A DNA stretch of 38,242 bases from a virus (lineage: Duplodnaviria > Caudoviricetes): IMG/VR virus record IMGVR_UViG_3300043394_000291, positions 1-38,242 of that record; one strand, 5' to 3'. The notes under the pieces were generated by a model that saw only the letters and a list, made by a program, of their open reading frames with translations, was not told the origin of the DNA and did no database searches. The translations under genes and the position numbers were made by a program. Of this stretch, positions 34,507 to 38,242 are shown piece by piece (the stretch's first letter is position 1; every line of letters begins with the position of its first letter).

Positions 34507-34967
34507 AACTTTTCATTTGCTAATTTTCTAACCATTTCGCCTAACTTTAAATCATTCGGAGTTGCTAAAATATCTTTTAAAGGGATTTCTACAATCGCTT
34601 CAACAATCCCCTCTCTAACAAACGCCTCTTTAATATTTGGCTCTTTACAAAGTTCGTTAACGAATGTTTCGGTTAAAGTGTATGTTTTTTCAGTTTTCTC
34701 AATTCCACACGCTTTTAGGAATATTTCAGAGTTCCATTCGTTGTAAACTATTTCATTTGAAACTTTTTTTAAATCACTATTTGTTACAATAGCAATACTA
34801 CTATAATTTTTAAAATTATTAAATAAATATGGATACATACCAAAATAATCAACTAATCCAAGATTAAAATTAAACTTATCCAATATCGGTTTAATTTCTT
34901 CAAATTGTTCTTGATTACATTTCATTGCAATAGCTTCAAAATGTTCTGTTTTTTTGTAGTTTTCCAT
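34503..34967 (-). CDS. hypothetical protein
   Basis: 154-aa ORF in the early operon. Confidence 0.7.
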   Translation of the reverse strand: MENYKKTEHFEAIAMKCNQEQFEEIKPILDKFNFNLGLVDYFGMYPYLFNNFKNYSSIAIVTNSDLKKVSNEIVYNEWNSEIFLKACGIEKTEKTYTLTETFVNELCKEPNIKEAFVREGIVEAIVEIPLKDILATPNDLKLGEMVRKLANEKL

Positions 34968-34970
34968 AAT

Positions 34971-35180
34971 TTATAATTGTTTAAAATCGATTACTTCGAT
35001 GTTGTTAATTTTATCATTTTCAAGTAGTTCAAATAGTTTATTATCACTTACTTTTTTTGCTTCAATACGTCTAAATGCTTCTGACATTTGCTCATCATTT
35101 GCTATATTCCCACCGAGTGAAGAAAACCACGTTTGAAAGTTTTCGCACTCTTTTTGCCATTCGTTTATTTGTGATTGCAT
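34971..35180 (-). CDS. hypothetical protein
   Basis: 69-aa ORF. Confidence 0.6.
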   Translation of the reverse strand: MQSQINEWQKECENFQTWFSSLGGNIANDEQMSEAFRRIEAKKVSDNKLFELLENDKINNIEVIDFKQL

Positions 35181-35298
35181 AAGTTTCTCTTTTTATCAGT
35201 TAATATTTCAATTACTACTTCTTTTAATTTTGCTCCTACTAAACTAATTCGATTAATCGATGGTTTGTTTATGAAAGCTAATATTTCGTTGTCGGTTA

Positions 35299-35571
35299 TC
35301 ATTTTAATATTTTTAAAATTTTACTAAATCTACTTTTAACTATTCCGTTAGTCATTTGACCACATTCGTTAATATAAGATATTAATAACTCTTTTGCTTC
35401 AGCTATATTCTTTTCGGTTGTGTAGATTACGCTTTCTAATGGCACAAAATCGTCGTTATCTTTAGCGAATTGCATACACTCGGTTAGTGTTGTTGGTTCG
35501 TTTTCTTTGATTTGTTCTATTTCGTGAGGATTAAGAAAATCTAAATCTGCTCTTGTGCTATCGTATTTCAT
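35299..35571 (-). CDS. hypothetical protein
   Basis: 90-aa ORF, start overlaps the upstream stop. Confidence 0.65.
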   Translation of the reverse strand: MKYDSTRADLDFLNPHEIEQIKENEPTTLTECMQFAKDNDDFVPLESVIYTTEKNIAEAKELLISYINECGQMTNGIVKSRFSKILKILK

Positions 35572-35852
35572 TACTCTGTTATTTTAGTTAGTAGTTGTTC
35601 GATTTCATATATTTGATGAACTCTATTTTCATCTTCTCCCCAGTATTCCTTGTTAGTATCTAAAACATCTTTCAACATCTCAAACATTTCAGGAGCTGAT
35701 GCGATTAGTTTTGCGTTGGCATCCCAATTTTTCATTGAACCTTCCCAATTTACTGGTGCATCACAAATTATGTTTCCATAAATTTTCAAATCTGAGGATA
35801 TTATTGATTTTTCTTCAATAATCCACTTTCCTTTTGTAAATTTTGCTTCCAT
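35571..35852 (-). CDS. conserved phage protein (TKGKW...ANAKLIASAPE type)
   Basis: Recognisable motif pair of a widespread phage family of unknown function. Confidence 0.75.
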   Translation of the reverse strand: MEAKFTKGKWIIEEKSIISSDLKIYGNIICDAPVNWEGSMKNWDANAKLIASAPEMFEMLKDVLDTNKEYWGEDENRVHQIYEIEQLLTKITE

Positions 35853-35856
35853 AACA

Positions 35857-36276
35857 TTACTTTTTTAAACTCTTTTCCGCTTCGGATTGTAGTTGATTAA
35901 TAAAATTGTTTACTTGTATTTCTTTAACTTCTATTTTTCCTATACTTATACGATTTGCTTTTAGTATAATATTTTCTTCAATAGGGTTAATATTATTTTT
36001 AGGTAGATTTTTAATTAATGAATAAGAATTTAATCCATTATTACAAGAATCATATTTTTTTATAAAAAAAGCCTCTAAATGTTTTAAATCAGAATCAGTA
36101 CATTTAGATAATATTTCAAAAGTATGATTTTCAAAACCATAATCTAAAATAGAATTATATATTTTAGGACTACATCCATTATTATTTATATAAGTTAAAA
36201 ATCTTTTTTTAATATTTTTACTTTGACCTATATAAACTTCTCCAATAGGATTAGTTATTTTATAAATTCCTATCAT
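35857..36276 (-). CDS. GIY-YIG endonuclease (short)
   Basis: GIYKITN..VYIGQS..KRF..LE..GLN; no NUMOD3 repeats. Confidence 0.85.
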   Translation of the reverse strand: MIGIYKITNPIGEVYIGQSKNIKKRFLTYINNNGCSPKIYNSILDYGFENHTFEILSKCTDSDLKHLEAFFIKKYDSCNNGLNSYSLIKNLPKNNINPIEENIILKANRISIGKIEVKEIQVNNFINQLQSEAEKSLKK

Positions 36277-36278
36277 AA

Positions 36279-36425
36279 TTAAAATTTATAAGGATAAACA
36301 ATTCCAGCAATTGCTTTTAAACAATCTTCTTTTTTTTCACTTGGAATTAAAACGTGTAAAGTTTCAGTTTTTATATTTTCTTTGTACTTTGGTTTTGCCC
36401 CTACTTTCTTTTTTTCTGTTGTCAT
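36279..36425 (-). CDS. 48-aa basic protein, possible ribbon-helix-helix regulator
   Basis: Hand-translated MTTEKKKVGAKPKYKENIKTETLHVLIP...; first gene after a promoter. Confidence 0.5.
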   Translation of the reverse strand: MTTEKKKVGAKPKYKENIKTETLHVLIPSEKKEDCLKAIAGIVYPYKF

Positions 36426-36449
36426 TTTTAATAGTTTTAAATTGTTTGA

Positions 36450-36521
36450 CAAAAATAAAACAAATAATTTAATTAAATCAATTAATTTGAATTATTTAGT
36501 TAATTTATATTAATTCTAAAT
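36450..36521 (-). promoter_or_regulatory. promoter with 19-bp box (copy C)
   Basis: TATTTTTG (36457-36450), TTG (36481-36479), ATTTATATTAATTCTAAAT (36503-36521). Confidence 0.55.
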
Positions 36522-36548
36522 AAAAAAACACCTCGATTGAAGTGTTTT
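36522..36548 (-). terminator. intrinsic terminator after the MTase
   Basis: AAAACACTTC-AATC-GAGGTGTTTT plus T tract on the minus strand. Confidence 0.7.
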
Positions 36549-36568
36549 AGTAGTTGTGGTGTTGGGGT

Positions 36569-37315
36569 TTAGTTATTTTTTATTCTTTCATTAATAATAT
36601 CAAAATACTTTTTTTCTTTTTCCATTAAAATATAATTTCTATTATTATTTAAACAAGCTATTGCAGTTGTTCCAGAACCAGCACAATTATCTAAAATAAT
36701 ATCATTTTCATTACTATATGTTTTAATTAAATATTCAAATAAAGCTACTGGTTTTTGTGTTGGATGCAATCTGTTTAATTGGTTACACTCTGCATTATAC
36801 TTAGAATACTTAATAATATTCTTTGGGTATCTTTTTTTATTATCATATCCATCTTTACTTTTTGCTACTCCAGATGCAACAGGAGTAGCACTACTTGAAC
36901 TACTCCCTAAATTTATTGGTCTTATGTTTTTAGTTTGTGCATCTTCCATAATTGGGTAGTAATTAACCTTTCCTGCACTGCTAAAAACACAAACATCTTC
37001 TGTAACTATCATTGGTCTATATTTTGCTAATGCAAATGCTCCTGATAGTTCTTTATTCCACACCCAAGAGTGTTTGAAGTTTTTAATATTGCTTCCAATT
37101 AGCTTAGTAGTAAATGGCTGTGCTGAAAATAAAACTATTGGGCCATTCGGCTTTATAATTCTATTATACTGCATCCAAAGTTTGTCAAATGGAATTATTG
37201 TGTCCCAATTACAAGCAGTAGTACCATAAGGTAAATCACAAAGTATCATATCAATACTTCCGTTTGGTATATCCTTCATAAGTTCCAAACAATCACCTAA
37301 TATTACTTTTTTCAT
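36569..37315 (-). CDS. DNA amino-methyltransferase (N6A/N4C, beta class)
   Basis: GDCLE, DLPY, HPTQKP, LDNCAGSGTT. Confidence 0.93.
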   Translation of the reverse strand: MKKVILGDCLELMKDIPNGSIDMILCDLPYGTTACNWDTIIPFDKLWMQYNRIIKPNGPIVLFSAQPFTTKLIGSNIKNFKHSWVWNKELSGAFALAKYRPMIVTEDVCVFSSAGKVNYYPIMEDAQTKNIRPINLGSSSSSATPVASGVAKSKDGYDNKKRYPKNIIKYSKYNAECNQLNRLHPTQKPVALFEYLIKTYSNENDIILDNCAGSGTTAIACLNNNRNYILMEKEKKYFDIINERIKNN

Positions 37316-37794
37316 ACCTCCACACTTTCTTTTTTAACGTATTTTCTGCTCCAAATTACAAAGAATAAGAATGCAGTAATACAGATTATTAATAATACCC
37401 AATTCCAAAAATTACCTTTAGTTGATTCGGTTTGTTTAATCTCAACAGACTTTTTAGCCTTTACATTTGTTTTAACCGCTTTCTGTTTGATTTTAGCAAC
37501 TTTCTCAACTTTGTTAGTAGTTATATTGTTTTTAACTTTTCGATGCTTTAAAGTAACGTTTTTGTAAGTCTTACCGTTTACAATAATTTCTTTTGTGTTA
37601 TCAACTGGAACGATTACTAATTCGTCAGTATCGGTGCAATCGATTACTTTAATATTTGTATCTGTTTTTGTTTCCGTTTTACTTGTATCGAGTATCGCAA
37701 TTTGCGTTTCTTCTTTGGTATCTGATTTGTTTACTTTGCGAGTGCCACAACTAAAAAGTAAAATAGTTGATAATAGGATTAGTTTAGTTTTCAT
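37312..37794 (-). CDS. lipoprotein with C-terminal TM helix (u-spanin architecture)
   Basis: MKTKLILLSTILLFSC lipobox; T/K/V-rich middle; C-terminal WVLLIICITAFLFFVIW. Confidence 0.65.
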   Translation of the reverse strand: MKTKLILLSTILLFSCGTRKVNKSDTKEETQIAILDTSKTETKTDTNIKVIDCTDTDELVIVPVDNTKEIIVNGKTYKNVTLKHRKVKNNITTNKVEKVAKIKQKAVKTNVKAKKSVEIKQTESTKGNFWNWVLLIICITAFLFFVIWSRKYVKKESVEV

Positions 37795-37797
37795 TCT

Positions 37798-38139
37798 CTA
37801 TTTATTTAAGTTATTAAAAATTTCGTTTGCCTTTAAAATTGCGCTTTGTGTCGCTTCGGAGCGTGAATCATACCATTCACAAACTTTTTTTCTATTAGTA
37901 TATGGTATTTTAATATACGCATTCCATTTTTTATTCATTTTTTCATCAAAACAATTAGTCATATTGTCGATATGAATAAAAAGATTAGTTGAATCAAAAA
38001 ACTCGATTATAAGTGCGTTTAAATATTCTTTTGGGTATTCTTGCCAATGTAATCTTAATACGCCTATTTCCATTGATGCTTTTTTATTATTTCTTAAATA
38101 ATCAATAAACTCCTCTTTGCATTTATCGGTTAGTATCAT
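37798..38139 (-). CDS. hypothetical phage protein
   Basis: LTDKCKEEF...IIEFFDS...SRSEAT..AILKANEI.N. Confidence 0.7.
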   Translation of the reverse strand: MILTDKCKEEFIDYLRNNKKASMEIGVLRLHWQEYPKEYLNALIIEFFDSTNLFIHIDNMTNCFDEKMNKKWNAYIKIPYTNRKKVCEWYDSRSEATQSAILKANEIFNNLNK

Positions 38140-38242
38140 AGTTCTATATTTTTTTTATTAAGTTTTAATTCAAAACCATCTTTACTTAAAATATATTTTA
38201 CAATAAATAAAGGTAATATGTTTAACCATTTTTTCATAACAC

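Noticed and set aside
326-37975. All plus-strand ORFs in the track (e.g. 326-523, 1279-1485, 18065-18373, 19935-20273, 37595-37975)
   Set aside because: They are antisense shadows of well-supported minus-strand genes or span attC-like sites, with no motifs or expression signals.
38234-38242. Terminal CATAACAC as the start of a fourth attC-like site; in-frame join of the ORF at 61-1 with 38242 as proof of circularity
   Set aside because: Too little sequence and no matching GTT box found; an in-frame join has a 1-in-3 chance and no terminal repeat is visible.
1-38242. Lysogeny module, tRNA/rRNA genes, diversity-generating retroelement, alternative genetic code
   Set aside because: No integrase, CI-like repressor, cloverleaf or reverse transcriptase was recognised, and genes are full-length under the standard code.

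Overview
AT-rich tailed-phage genome (complete or nearly complete), siphovirus-like, with essentially all genes on the minus strand. The host is probably a Flavobacterium-like Bacteroidota, inferred from recurrent TAnnTTTG (-7)/TTG (-33) promoters and A-rich translation starts. Read right to left: early/accessory genes (u-spanin-like lipoprotein, amino-MTase, GIY-YIG, metallophosphoesterase, DUF3310-like), replication (SSB-like gene, repeat-rich origin candidate, primase-helicase, HNH, SF2 helicase, GIY-YIG, VRR-NUC, C5-MTase-like), packaging/head (TerS, TerL, portal, protease, HK97-type capsid), tail, lysis, and at the left end a three-cassette integron-like array. No integrase or clear repressor was recognised. 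Main signals: (1) an attC-like gene-cassette array with exact cassette-boundary complementarity but no integrase in the window; (2) two endonuclease elements inserted into both ends of the helicase gene, each apparently bringing a replacement terminus and leaving the original stranded; (3) a kissing-loop leader RNA in three copies, with compensatory changes between the two closest; (4) a T4 gene 32-like pseudoknot before the SSB-like gene; (5) a 19-bp palindrome at five promoters. All calls come from reading the sequence by eye; no searches or folding programs were run.
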